Below, piece after piece: positions 18,410 to 28,104 of a stretch of DNA of 64,000 nt (positions are counted from its first letter, which is position 1; each line of letters opens with the position of its first letter). The translations under genes and the position numbers were made by a program. The notes below the pieces were generated by a model. The model saw only the letters and a list, made by a program, of their open reading frames with translations. It searched no databases and was not told where the DNA came from. The stretch comes from a virus (Duplodnaviria; Caudoviricetes): the IMG/VR virus record IMGVR_UViG_3300015050_001523, positions 32,001 through 96,000 of that record; one strand, written 5' to 3'.

Positions 18410-20242
18410 TTAACAAAGTTTTTTAGGGGTCTCATAAAGAGATAAAATTGCATCAAAACATTTTTTTTCTGGCTGTTCAATAAGCCCAGCGAATTTAATT
18501 AATCTAATAATTTGTGCATCGTTTTTTATTGGATTAAATGTATTAGAAATTTCTTCAAGTTGTTTAAGTCTTTCATCTGAAACTTCCTTATCTGATGTCG
18601 GCCAAAACTTTAATCTGCTAATAATCGCTTCTCTACTTAATATTTTTTCTTTCTTTTTCTTGTTTCCAAGTCTTTCAATAAAATCCGATTCTTTGTCATT
18701 CTCATTCGGAGCAAAATCTTCTTTAACAACATTTAAGGCATTTTTTGCTAATGACATTTTTTTAAAAATTAATTTTCTAATATGTCTTTCAAGAGGATGA
18801 TCAGCAACAATATGATAAATAATAACTTTTTCAGCCTTTTGTCCAATTCTATGATTTCTGTGCTCTGCTTGGACATTGTTTGCCGGAACCCAATCCAGAT
18901 CATTAAATACTGAAACGCGGGAATGGGTTAGGGTTAGGCCAGAACCAGCTGATTTAATTGTTACAGCCAAACCTTTTAATTTTCCATCTTGAAATTCGTC
19001 TTTTATTTTATGTTTTTGAGAAGATGTTGAGCCAACGCCTTTAATTGTTTTCCATCCTTTTCTTTTTCCAACTTCGTCAATTGGTTTTTGATGGGCGCTA
19101 AAAACCAAAGGAACAATGTCTTTTGATTCTAAATCATCCAATAATTGATTTAGGCATGAGACTTTTGACATTGCAAGAGCTTCTTTTTCTTTTGATAGAA
19201 ACTCAAAAGAAGGCAATTCTTCTTTTTCATAATAGCTGCTTTTTTTATATACATCCCAAGCATTATCAAAAACCTTTTTTACTTTATCTGGAAGCTCTGC
19301 TTGTATTTCAATATAGATTTTATCAGGTAATTCAATTTCCACATCTTCTATTTCTCGACGAAGCATGGCCCTTTGAAGAATTTTTGGAGTTTCTTTTCTT
19401 GGTTGACTAAACGTATATCCATATGTTCCTTGCCTTCCACCAAACAAATACAAGAAGTTTGAAAAGTTTTCAAAAATAATTGTATCTATTCCTATAACTC
19501 TGCACATATTCCACAATTCAAGTTCTCTATTCAATATTGGAGTTCCAGTAATTCCAATAGTTTTATAAGCAAGCTTCATCATTTCTCTTGCTATTTTAAA
19601 TTTGATTGTTTTATTATTTTTTAATGCCTGAACTTCATCAAAAATAAGAACAGTTTTTGCCATTGAAGAATAATCCTCATCTGTCAGGTTTGGATTTTTT
19701 CTTTTATTTGGTGGAAGCTTAAATTTTTCAGGAAGAAGTCCATAAGTTGTTATTACAATTTCTCCTTTCTCTGGATATTTAAATGTTTTTCCGTCCTTGA
19801 CGATATATACCTTTAATTCTGGTCTCCATTTGGCTGCCTCATCCCTCCAGTTTAGTTTTAGATGGGAAGGAACAACTACCAAAGTTCCAAAGCTTAAGTC
19901 TAACGAAATAAGAATCTGAGGGGTTTTCCCTAGTCCACATGAATCCGCTAAAAGACAATTTTTTTGTCGAGTCAGCCATTTTACTCCTTCAATTTGATAT
20001 TTGAATAATCCGGCCTTTTCAGCACGAAGAACTGCTTCTCTATCAAAAGAATTCTTTTCTTTATTTTCATCATCTATAAATTTTTGATATTTTGGCAATT
20101 CTTCAGGAATTGTTTGCTTGATGCATTGAAGTCCTCGACAAATACCAATAAAATCATTATTTTTTTTAAAAACAAAACCGCTCATAGGAAGCAAATCGAT
20201 CCCACAAGCGGTACAGCTAGTAAAATATTTATTGACAAGCAT
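18410..20242 (-). CDS. SNF2/HARP-like SF2 helicase with N-terminal Cys cluster
   Basis: ADSCGLGKT, IFDEVQ, ITGTPILN, GSGLTLT, QAEHRNHRIGQ. Confidence 0.9.
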   Translation of the reverse strand: MLVNKYFTSCTACGIDLLPMSGFVFKKNNDFIGICRGLQCIKQTIPEELPKYQKFIDDENKEKNSFDREAVLRAEKAGLFKYQIEGVKWLTRQKNCLLADSCGLGKTPQILISLDLSFGTLVVVPSHLKLNWRDEAAKWRPELKVYIVKDGKTFKYPEKGEIVITTYGLLPEKFKLPPNKRKNPNLTDEDYSSMAKTVLIFDEVQALKNNKTIKFKIAREMMKLAYKTIGITGTPILNRELELWNMCRVIGIDTIIFENFSNFLYLFGGRQGTYGYTFSQPRKETPKILQRAMLRREIEDVEIELPDKIYIEIQAELPDKVKKVFDNAWDVYKKSSYYEKEELPSFEFLSKEKEALAMSKVSCLNQLLDDLESKDIVPLVFSAHQKPIDEVGKRKGWKTIKGVGSTSSQKHKIKDEFQDGKLKGLAVTIKSAGSGLTLTHSRVSVFNDLDWVPANNVQAEHRNHRIGQKAEKVIIYHIVADHPLERHIRKLIFKKMSLAKNALNVVKEDFAPNENDKESDFIERLGNKKKKEKILSREAIISRLKFWPTSDKEVSDERLKQLEEISNTFNPIKNDAQIIRLIKFAGLIEQPEKKCFDAILSLYETPKKLC

Positions 20243-20284
20243 TTGTCAATATTATATATCATTTTACTATTTTATTTTATTTAT

Positions 20285-20641
20285 TTATCTATACAAATAA
20301 ATGTCATGTTCAGGACCACGTTCTATTGGCCAAAACATTTCATTATATTTTTCAACTGAAAAAACTTTATTTTTGGCATCTTTTTTTACAATAAAAAGAT
20401 GCCCTCTTTCAATAGCATCTCTAAAATAAATATTTCCATTTTTCATGGCATCAATAATTGATTGAGTTGTTGTGCAAACCCAATAAAGACATGAATTGTT
20501 TTCCAATTCATCATTTGCACAATATGCAATAACTAAAGAATCATCAAATATTTTGGATATATAAATATATGGAAATCCATCATGTTCTGTAAGGATTTCG
20601 ATTGGATCTAAATTCCCAAAATATGTTAATAAGGATTCCAT
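20285..20641 (-). CDS. hypothetical protein (DUF6575-like, from recall)
   Basis: EILTEHDGFPY..GNIYFRDA pattern; resembles 56094..56537. Confidence 0.45.
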   Translation of the reverse strand: MESLLTYFGNLDPIEILTEHDGFPYIYISKIFDDSLVIAYCANDELENNSCLYWVCTTTQSIIDAMKNGNIYFRDAIERGHLFIVKKDAKNKVFSVEKYNEMFWPIERGPEHDIYLYR

Positions 20642-21093
20642 ATTGAATCTTTTGAATAGTCTGGAAAAGAAATGCATTCTCCTTTATAATTCCAGGTTCT
20701 GTATGATTCTGTTACCATTTCAATATTATTATTGTTGGTTGAGACATTATAGTGTATATCGTCTGGGACGTCAACTAAAAAAAATTGGTATGATCCATCG
20801 CTAAGGTCTCCTCCCATTTCTTCAAATAGTTTGAGCAAATAAATGTCATTCCTCGGAATATTGTACGGAGCACAATAAAGTTCTTTTTCTCCATCATCAA
20901 AATTAAAAAAAACATGCTGTTTTTCATTGTCCTTGTTGAAATCTTCTGAATAAAAAATATATTCTTCTCGATCCAATTCTTTTACCATTGGCATGTATTT
21001 TTTATTCGCCCATGGAGCACCAAGCTCTCTTGCTTTTAAAAGAGCATTCTCCGAAAGCATTAAATCATAATAGTTTGTTAATAATAGTTTCAT
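20626..21093 (-). CDS. conserved hypothetical phage protein
   Basis: VDVPDD..EMVTESYRTW C-terminal motif. Confidence 0.6.
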   Translation of the reverse strand: MKLLLTNYYDLMLSENALLKARELGAPWANKKYMPMVKELDREEYIFYSEDFNKDNEKQHVFFNFDDGEKELYCAPYNIPRNDIYLLKLFEEMGGDLSDGSYQFFLVDVPDDIHYNVSTNNNNIEMVTESYRTWNYKGECISFPDYSKDSIWNPY

Positions 21094-21109
21094 ATTACTT
21101 TATTTGCAA

Positions 21110-21385
21110 TCAAAGAATATCTCTTTTGTCTTTTATAATAAGATAATCGGCCTTATCATCTTCTTTTGGCTCGGCACACCAGCCAGAATTGATAAGTTTT
21201 TCAATTACAATATTGATAGTTTCATCTGAATATGATCCAATATTAACAGAGATTAAGCACTTTTTTTGTTTATACATGACAAAATATTTTCTTATTGCGA
21301 GAAAACATTGCCAAGTAAGATCAGATACATCATCATAATTTGAGATTTCTTCAGGTGTTGGAAATTCCATAATGCTTACAATCAA
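21110..21385 (-). CDS. hypothetical protein, tandem paralog of 21382..21675
   Basis: Shared PTPEEI, YKQKK, IGSYSDET, LIIKDKRDIL. Confidence 0.75.
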   Translation of the reverse strand: MIVSIMEFPTPEEISNYDDVSDLTWQCFLAIRKYFVMYKQKKCLISVNIGSYSDETINIVIEKLINSGWCAEPKEDDKADYLIIKDKRDIL

Positions 21386-21675
21386 AGAATGTCTCTTTTA
21401 TCTTTTATAATAAGAACAGGAATTTTGTCAGTAGTGAATGGATTGAGTGGATTGATTAATGACGTTGTTTCTCTCTTGGCTAGCCAACCAGAATCACCAA
21501 GTTTCGCAATCACAATGTCGACAGTCTCATCTGAATATGAACCAATATCAACACTTATTATTATCTTTTTTTGTTTATAATAAACAAACCATTCTTCTAT
21601 TGTTCGAACACATTCCCAAATAAGCTTGAATGCATGAATATTTGTTATTTCTTCAGGTGTTGGAATTTTTATCAT
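21382..21675 (-). CDS. hypothetical protein, tandem paralog of 21110..21385
   Basis: Shared PTPEEI, YKQKK, IGSYSDET, LIIKDKRDIL. Confidence 0.75.
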   Translation of the reverse strand: MIKIPTPEEITNIHAFKLIWECVRTIEEWFVYYKQKKIIISVDIGSYSDETVDIVIAKLGDSGWLAKRETTSLINPLNPFTTDKIPVLIIKDKRDIL

Positions 21676-21688
21676 AAAATTTTATTCT

Positions 21689-21949
21689 TTATTTATTTAG
21701 ATCTTTGATTTCTTTAATCAAATTATTCCATTCACAATCAGAATCATAGCGCTTAAAATTTTCCCATGCAGCATCAATTGCTTCAGATTCTGAATTTTTT
21801 GGATCTATGCCATCATGATGATCTCCGCGAACATAAATAATCCAACCGTTATATTCTGGGTCGTTTGTATCTTCATATGAAACATTATATCCTGGTGGCA
21901 ATTTTGGAAGTTTTAATTTTTTGTTTTTCGGTGATTTGATTTTATCCAT
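21689..21949 (-). CDS. hypothetical protein
   Basis: 86-aa ORF in coupled run. Confidence 0.6.
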   Translation of the reverse strand: MDKIKSPKNKKLKLPKLPPGYNVSYEDTNDPEYNGWIIYVRGDHHDGIDPKNSESEAIDAAWENFKRYDSDCEWNNLIKEIKDLNK

Positions 21950-22283
21950 AAAGATTATACTCTTTTGCTATTTGTTTTAGTCTTTTTGGCCAATCTTTTG
22001 GTTCCCTGCAATCATGAAGAGATTCTAATACAATTATCATATCAAATATCTTTTCATCAATTTGATATCCAGACTCATTTATTATCTGAATTAAAATTTC
22101 GGTTGAAGGACAAATATTTTTTAAATTATATTTATCATATAATTTATCATTAATAAGGCATCCAATTGCAGACTTATTTCCATATATGTCTTTATAAACG
22201 CTTGATAAATCAAGATTTAAGCTTTGTTTGTTTTGAGCTAATAGATGCCTTGAAATTTTATCAAATATATTTTGATTTGACAT
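21942..22283 (-). CDS. conserved hypothetical phage protein
   Basis: HLLAQNKQS..SAIGCLI..LHD motif. Confidence 0.6.
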   Translation of the reverse strand: MSNQNIFDKISRHLLAQNKQSLNLDLSSVYKDIYGNKSAIGCLINDKLYDKYNLKNICPSTEILIQIINESGYQIDEKIFDMIIVLESLHDCREPKDWPKRLKQIAKEYNLYG

Positions 22284-22680
22284 TTAGCAAAATTATATTA
22301 AGAGACTTTCTTCTTTCAATTTCTTTCCAATATTCTTCTTTAGAATAATTTTTTCCATTTAAGTAATAAGGACTATCTTTGCTTTTATGGGCTTCTTCTA
22401 AATTCTGACAAAGATCACCTATATAATATCTATCAGATGATTTAGAAATATAATCAAGAGCAGGACCATCTTCTCTGTGAAGTTTGCCATGAAGACAATA
22501 AGCCTTGTCACCGCATATCCATTCAATTGCAGGAAGATTTCCGTCTCGATGAGTTTTACCGTTTATAAACCATTCTTTACATTCGTCTGGCCATTCGCAA
22601 GCAGGACCATCTTCTCTATGAAGCTTGTCATTTAAATAATAACGCTTAGCACCATACTCAATTCTTAATCCATTTTTCAT
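22261..22680 (-). CDS. HREDGPA-repeat family, copy E4 (3 units)
   Basis: Conserved head, repeat units and tail. Confidence 0.8.
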   Translation of the reverse strand: MKNGLRIEYGAKRYYLNDKLHREDGPACEWPDECKEWFINGKTHRDGNLPAIEWICGDKAYCLHGKLHREDGPALDYISKSSDRYYIGDLCQNLEEAHKSKDSPYYLNGKNYSKEEYWKEIERRKSLNIILLNVKSKYI

Positions 22681-23042
22681 TTTATTAACTCACTTTTAAT
22701 GTTAAAAAGAATTACATTAAGAGACTTTCTTCTTATAATTTCTGTCCAATAATCTTTTTCAGAATAACTTTTATTATTTAAATAATATTCTTTACTTCCT
22801 TCTGGATATTCAATTGCAGGACCATCTTCTCGATGAAGAAGATTGTTCATCCACCATTCTTTATGTCCATTTCCATTTAGCCCTTCAAATGCAGGGCCGT
22901 CTTCTCGGTGCCTGTCTCCATTTAAAAACCATATTTTTGTTCCATTTGAATATTCAACGGCAGGACCATCTTCTCGATGAAGAAGATTGTTTAAATAATA
23001 TCGTTTGGCTCCATGTTCATTAATAATTAATCCATTTAACAT
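22677..23042 (-). CDS. HREDGPA-repeat family, copy E5 (3 units)
   Basis: Conserved head, repeat units and tail. Confidence 0.8.
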   Translation of the reverse strand: MLNGLIINEHGAKRYYLNNLLHREDGPAVEYSNGTKIWFLNGDRHREDGPAFEGLNGNGHKEWWMNNLLHREDGPAIEYPEGSKEYYLNNKSYSEKDYWTEIIRRKSLNVILFNIKSELIK

Positions 23043-23054
23043 TTTTTAGTCCTT

Positions 23055-23270
23055 TTATTTATATTGTTTTATATATTTAAAATTATTTTTAATATGATTT
23101 TGAAAATACTTGCCAAGACTATCTGAATTCACAAAATCATTTAGCACAGACAAAGGAACATCCAAATATCGATATTTATCACCGGATTTAAATGTAATAT
23201 CTAAATGGTATTTATTGTTGGCTAAATCATAGATTTGATAATTTATTTTTTCAATTGCAGATGACTTCAT
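23055..23270 (-). CDS. KTSC domain protein
   Basis: SSAI..I.Y..L.ITFKSG..YRY..VP......S.SLGKYF..HIK. Confidence 0.85.
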   Translation of the reverse strand: MKSSAIEKINYQIYDLANNKYHLDITFKSGDKYRYLDVPLSVLNDFVNSDSLGKYFQNHIKNNFKYIKQYK

Positions 23271-23308
23271 TCTATCATTATACTATATTTGGATGCAAAT
23301 TTGCTATT

Positions 23309-24091
23309 TTAATCAAATTTATTATCTCTTAGAGCGTCCATTAAGCAATTTATCGCCTCATGAAAATCATGATTTGTAAGAATTTTTTCTCCATCAATTT
23401 GGAACCAAGATCGGCTTATTGACCAAGTTTCAGGAATTGATTCTGGATAGTCTTCATCATTACTTGTGCCGGCAAGCATTGCATTTAGTGTGTCAATTGC
23501 TTGTGATGCGGAATACCAAGACCAAATAACTTCATTGCTCTTAAATAAAGACAATTCTTCTGTATCCAAATTTAGACAAAATTGATATTTATCATTTCCA
23601 AATTTTATATTAGCATTTTTTCTAAATAGAAAGAAATTTTTAATTGAATCTCTCTTAAATAAGAGCAATGAATCATTTACCAAAAAAACAATCCCATCGT
23701 ATGTAACTCCAACAACTTGTCCAAAAATGTATGGTTTTTTATTTTCAATAATATCCCATTTGTCAATTTGGAAAAACAGTACGGCCCATTGTCCTTTTTT
23801 TGGAAGCCCTGTTCTTAGCTTTTTTTCATCAATATATAAATCATATTCATGACTTCCCATATCTTTGATTTTGCATGATTGATAAAGCGAACGATAAGCA
23901 TCGCCATCAATCTGACCATACTCGTCTGGGCTTGAAGAATAAAGCTCGTAACAGTCCGGCATGCAGTGTATAGAAGCCTTTAGTCCTTCTTCTTGTTTGG
24001 TTTCTTGGATTGGTCCGAGGTCCCATCGCGGCGGTAATAAATTTTTAGTTTTTTTTGCCATAAAATTAATCTTTCTTAATTTGACCTTCAA
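23309..24091 (-). CDS. hypothetical protein
   Basis: 260-aa ORF; true start may be MAKKTK near 24061. Confidence 0.6.
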   Translation of the reverse strand: MKVKLRKINFMAKKTKNLLPPRWDLGPIQETKQEEGLKASIHCMPDCYELYSSSPDEYGQIDGDAYRSLYQSCKIKDMGSHEYDLYIDEKKLRTGLPKKGQWAVLFFQIDKWDIIENKKPYIFGQVVGVTYDGIVFLVNDSLLLFKRDSIKNFFLFRKNANIKFGNDKYQFCLNLDTEELSLFKSNEVIWSWYSASQAIDTLNAMLAGTSNDEDYPESIPETWSISRSWFQIDGEKILTNHDFHEAINCLMDALRDNKFD

Positions 24092-24302
24092 AATTATTAA
24101 TTAATTCAGATACAAACATTATACTTCCATTAGATAAACCATAAACAGACATAAGCCATTTTGATCTATCTATCAATAGAGTAAGTAGGGCATGTTGTTG
24201 TTGGGATGGGCCAAGTGGCGATTGTTGTTGTAAGATAGTGCGACAATTTGCAAGTTTATTAGAAGATTCAAATTGACTAGATGATGATTTTAAATTATTC
24301 AT
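24066..24302 (-). CDS. hypothetical protein
   Basis: 78-aa ORF. Confidence 0.5.
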   Translation of the reverse strand: MNNLKSSSSQFESSNKLANCRTILQQQSPLGPSQQQHALLTLLIDRSKWLMSVYGLSNGSIMFVSELINNFEGQIKKD

Positions 24303-24307
24303 AAAAA

Positions 24308-24916
24308 TTAAAGCATTTCTTGAAATTTTTTATCGTCTTTATACAAATCCCTTAATTTTAATATCCATGCTTCATTTTTTACTTTAAACATCAAAGGAAG
24401 TCCTGGGCTTCTGTATTTTCCTTTACAAACAACTCCTTCAAAAGTCATGCCTTGAAGTGTTCCATTTTTTACAGAGTCAACAAAATCAGAATTTGGATTT
24501 CCATAATATAAAAGCTCTGCATGAGAGATGTTCTGAAACAGTTTTAGAAATAGAGATGGCTCAAGGAGTCCTTTTTTCTCTACTCCAACATCAAACAAAA
24601 CAACATCTTGTATTTCATTTTCATCATGAACCCCAGCAAAGCTGCTTGGCCCAAAAAATTCAAAAAAAGAAATCGTATTTTTCCATTTATTTTCTATGAA
24701 AATTCTTGATAAATCTTCAGAATATTTATTTAAAAATAAATCAACAGACCTTCCAAATGTTGGCTCATTTTTATCAAGTAATCTTTTTCTGGTTCCAAAT
24801 TTATGAAATCCATTTTTCTTATTCCATTCTACTCGAATGTTTGAGCCATCCAATTTATCAAAAGCATAAATTTTTTCTTTTATAATATCTTTGGTTATCG
24901 ATGGATAAGTTTTCAT
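24308..24916 (-). CDS. RNA-ligase-like nucleotidyltransferase (adenylation domain only)
   Basis: KTYPSI, motif I DKLDGSN, FFEF, LFDV, EGVVCK, MFKVK. Confidence 0.75.
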   Translation of the reverse strand: MKTYPSITKDIIKEKIYAFDKLDGSNIRVEWNKKNGFHKFGTRKRLLDKNEPTFGRSVDLFLNKYSEDLSRIFIENKWKNTISFFEFFGPSSFAGVHDENEIQDVVLFDVGVEKKGLLEPSLFLKLFQNISHAELLYYGNPNSDFVDSVKNGTLQGMTFEGVVCKGKYRSPGLPLMFKVKNEAWILKLRDLYKDDKKFQEML

Positions 24917-24933
24917 TTTATTTCTTTCAATTA

Positions 24934-24959
24934 ATAAAGCCCTGATGTCAGGGCTTTAT
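24934..24959 (-). terminator. intrinsic terminator
   Basis: ATAAAGCCCTGA-TG-TCAGGGCTTTAT directly after stop at 24962. Confidence 0.8.
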
Positions 24960-24961
24960 AT

Positions 24962-26212
24962 TTAAACAATTCCTTCTTTAATTCTTTCAGAAACTGCTTC
25001 TAGACTCATATCGTTGTCCTCATCCTCATCCTCATCCTCATCATCATCATCATCTTCGTCGTCAGGATCTTTCTCTATTTCGTCTTCAGTTTCGTCTTCA
25101 GTTTCATCTTTATTTAGGAAATTTTCTAGTGACTGATTTTTTACCCAAGAAGAAAATAGGTCAGCAATTTTTACCGCATGTTCTCTTGAAATGTGCAAAT
25201 GATGATCATAGTCTTCATTTGTTATCTCAATATAATTTTCATAAAATGTTATTTGAGAATTAGAAAAATTTTCAGGATTAGAACCATCTGGATCATCTAT
25301 TTCTTCGATATCGATTATTACTGGCCCTACTGTTTTTTCTATTGATTTCAAAAGAGAAATTGGAAAAAAGTGCTCTTCTGTACCTGATTCATCTGAAACT
25401 TCAATTATTTCATTTTCATCTATTATAGCAAATTTTAATTTTTTATGCTGAAATAAACTAAGATCAATTTCTTCATCAGCAATTATCTTCATTTCTTTTA
25501 CCCCAAATTTTTTCCATTTTGGAATAAAATAGTCATAACAAGTTATGTTTGCATCTGTAAACAAATTTGATTTAATTGTTTTTTTTGATTTTTTTGTTTT
25601 TTTGATTGCCATAATTTCTTCTTTTTCTTTTGATTTGAGTGACTTTATGTAACCAGCATACAATGGAGATATGCGTTGCCACTCAAAAAGTCGATCTCTC
25701 CATTCGGAAGCAGCTTGATTCCAGTCTAAATCTTTATCCCAGTTTCCACTATCAGCATTGGTAATAATGGCCCATGCGAGATCAAGCATTTTTATAATTT
25801 CATCTTGTTCTATTTTTGATAAAATTATTTCATTATCCCTTTTGGGTATATTTTTAATTATTGTACCTAATTTCTCTACAAGTTCTTGTTTTATAATTTT
25901 TCTTTTCTTGATTTCTTCCCAATAATCTTTTTCTGAAAACTTTATATTATTTAAATAAAAATACTTAACTCCATTAGCAAACTTTCTAGCTGGACCGTTT
26001 TCTCGATGAAGTTCTCCATGGACATAATAAAATTTGTCTCCATCTGAATATTCAATAGCAGGAAGATCTCCTTCTCGATGAAGGTTTCCATTTTTCCACC
26101 AAGACTTATCACCATTTGGACACTCAATAGCAGGACCATCCTCTCTATGAAGGAGATCATTTAAAAAATATCGCTTGTCTCCAAAGCTATCAACAATTAA
26201 TCCATTTTTCAT
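24962..26212 (-). CDS. fusion ORF: HREDGPA-repeat copy E6 (3 units) + AWAIITNA domain + acidic C-terminal protein
   Basis: N-terminal 115 aa is family member; internal MAIKKTKK with own RBS-like AAAGAAG; D/E-rich tail. Confidence 0.7.
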   Translation of the reverse strand: MKNGLIVDSFGDKRYFLNDLLHREDGPAIECPNGDKSWWKNGNLHREGDLPAIEYSDGDKFYYVHGELHRENGPARKFANGVKYFYLNNIKFSEKDYWEEIKKRKIIKQELVEKLGTIIKNIPKRDNEIILSKIEQDEIIKMLDLAWAIITNADSGNWDKDLDWNQAASEWRDRLFEWQRISPLYAGYIKSLKSKEKEEIMAIKKTKKSKKTIKSNLFTDANITCYDYFIPKWKKFGVKEMKIIADEEIDLSLFQHKKLKFAIIDENEIIEVSDESGTEEHFFPISLLKSIEKTVGPVIIDIEEIDDPDGSNPENFSNSQITFYENYIEITNEDYDHHLHISREHAVKIADLFSSWVKNQSLENFLNKDETEDETEDEIEKDPDDEDDDDDEDEDEDEDNDMSLEAVSERIKEGIV

Positions 26213-27678
26213 TATCCAATATCATCTTCTTCTAAAGAATCTCCATAATATTTATCATAATCTTTTTCAATTGACATTATGGCATTATAGCTCTTATACC
26301 CAATAAAGACAAGTAAAATAACAATTAGACCCCCGATAAGGATAATTTTCCAAGTGTGCCAACCACCAACGCCATTTTCTTTTTTCGCTTCAATAACGGC
26401 CATGTTGGCATTTAGAAGGCCGGAGCCCATATCCTTATTTTCAATATCTGTTGCAGTTTCTACTAAAATCCTTTCAACTTCAGCAGGGTCAAGGACTCCT
26501 TCTCCAATTATTAGAGCGGCAACTCCAGCAACATGGGGAGCTGCCATTGAAGTCCCTTGATAGGCATAATAAGCGCCAGCTTCAGATGGTTTTCGTGGAT
26601 TTATTGTGTTCTGAAGAATTCCATCAAATGGATCAATTCTTGTATCTCCTCCAGGAGCCGAAAGGGTTACTCCGTCTCCATAATTTGAATAAAAAGAACG
26701 ATCATCATTTTTGTCAGTCGCTCCAACAGAAATACAATTATCATAACCAGCAGGATATCCAACATGCCTTGAGTTATCGTTTCCTGCTGCGCAAACAACA
26801 GTTACTCCATGCTCATAAGCATAGTTTACAGCATCTTCCATAATTTTAGAAGGTGATGGTCCACCGAGACTCATATTGATAACTTTGGCTCCGTTGTCAG
26901 TTGCATATCTAATGGCAGATGCGATATCTTCGACAGAACCATAGCCTTGAGCGCTCAGCACTTTTAGGGGCATTATGGTGGCCTTTGGAGCGATGCCAGC
27001 GACCCCGCGTCCATTGTTGGTTGACTGGGCGATTGTGCCTGCAACATGACTCCCATGAGAATGATCGTCTAAGCCATCAGGCAACCCTGAACTAAAAGTT
27101 ACTCCTTTAGTAAATTTTGTATTATTTAAATCTTCTAAAGCAGCATGCCCTTCATAGTCTTTATATGCAACACCAGTATCAATAACTGCAACTATTACTC
27201 CTTCTCCTTGTTTTGAATTTTTCCAAGCTTTTTCCATATCAAGCTTTTCAAAATTCCATTGATGCTTATAAAGTGGATCATTTGGAAAATTTGACGTTGA
27301 ATAATCTCCATGTCCAAGGTCTTCTAAAACAATTGGAGCTGGGACACTATAAAATGTAGAAGGTTCAATATTTTCAATATTGAAATCTAATACGAATGGA
27401 CAATCTCCATTCATAATATAGAGATGGTTACTCTCTGAATAAAATGAATCTACCGGTCGAAAATTTCTGTCAGCCCAAGTTTTTTCATAATCAGTAATTA
27501 TTCCTCGAAGCTCAAATTCATCAACAAATCCTTCTTTGTCTTGAGGGTCAATGAAATCAATAAGACATGTTTCTCCGTTTCTTTGAAGAAATTCATTGCT
27601 TGGCTCTTGATTTGAGCAAGCAGAAATGCAGGTTGAAATGCCAATTGCCAATATAAATGTTTTTATTGTTTTTTTCAT
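26212..27678 (-). CDS. subtilisin-like S8 serine protease, lipoprotein signal and C-terminal TM helix
   Basis: Triad VIDTG, HSHGSHVAG, GTSMAAPHVAG; lipobox ISAC; WKIILIGGLIVILLVFIGY. Confidence 0.93.
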   Translation of the reverse strand: MKKTIKTFILAIGISTCISACSNQEPSNEFLQRNGETCLIDFIDPQDKEGFVDEFELRGIITDYEKTWADRNFRPVDSFYSESNHLYIMNGDCPFVLDFNIENIEPSTFYSVPAPIVLEDLGHGDYSTSNFPNDPLYKHQWNFEKLDMEKAWKNSKQGEGVIVAVIDTGVAYKDYEGHAALEDLNNTKFTKGVTFSSGLPDGLDDHSHGSHVAGTIAQSTNNGRGVAGIAPKATIMPLKVLSAQGYGSVEDIASAIRYATDNGAKVINMSLGGPSPSKIMEDAVNYAYEHGVTVVCAAGNDNSRHVGYPAGYDNCISVGATDKNDDRSFYSNYGDGVTLSAPGGDTRIDPFDGILQNTINPRKPSEAGAYYAYQGTSMAAPHVAGVAALIIGEGVLDPAEVERILVETATDIENKDMGSGLLNANMAVIEAKKENGVGGWHTWKIILIGGLIVILLVFIGYKSYNAIMSIEKDYDKYYGDSLEEDDIG

Positions 27679-28046
27679 TTTGAGGATCCTTTGAGTTTGT
27701 CTGCAATTTTTGCAAGAATATAATTAAGAGATTTTCTTCTTTTGATTTCTTCCCAATAATTTTTTTCGGAATATTCTATGCCATCAAGAGCCCAGTCTTT
27801 TTTCCCATTCCAATTTTCTTCTCTTGCTGGGCCGTCTTCTCTATGAAGATTCCCATGAATAAAATAAGTATAAAACATATGTCCTTCAACTGCTGGCCCA
27901 TCGCTTCTATGAAGCTCATCATTTACATAATAATGCTTAGTGCCATCTTTCCATTCAACAGCAGGAAGATTTCCCTCCCGATGAAGCATATCATTTAAAT
28001 AATGGCGTTTAGTGCCGTATTTGTCAATAATTATTCCATTTTTCAT
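27675..28046 (-). CDS. HREDGPA-repeat family, copy E7 (3 units)
   Basis: Start at 28046 (MKNGIIIDK) with AAGGA RBS. Confidence 0.8.
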   Translation of the reverse strand: MKNGIIIDKYGTKRHYLNDMLHREGNLPAVEWKDGTKHYYVNDELHRSDGPAVEGHMFYTYFIHGNLHREDGPAREENWNGKKDWALDGIEYSEKNYWEEIKRRKSLNYILAKIADKLKGSSK

Positions 28047-28063
28047 TTTTTTGGTCCTTTTAA

Positions 28064-28101
28064 CCTTGGAAGCTGGTTGAAGATTCAACCAGCTTCCAAG
28101 G
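28064..28101. other. perfect 18-bp stem hairpin (processing site or atypical terminator)
   Basis: CCTTGGAAGCTGGTTGAA-GA-TTCAACCAGCTTCCAAGG; no U-tract in transcription direction. Confidence 0.75.
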
Positions 28102-28104
28102 AAA

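Noticed and set aside
20231-20250. ATTGACAA-GCAT-TTGTCAAT inverted repeat as operator or promoter
   Set aside because: Short, AT-rich, overlaps the SNF2 start codon, and no properly spaced -10 box for either TTGACA.
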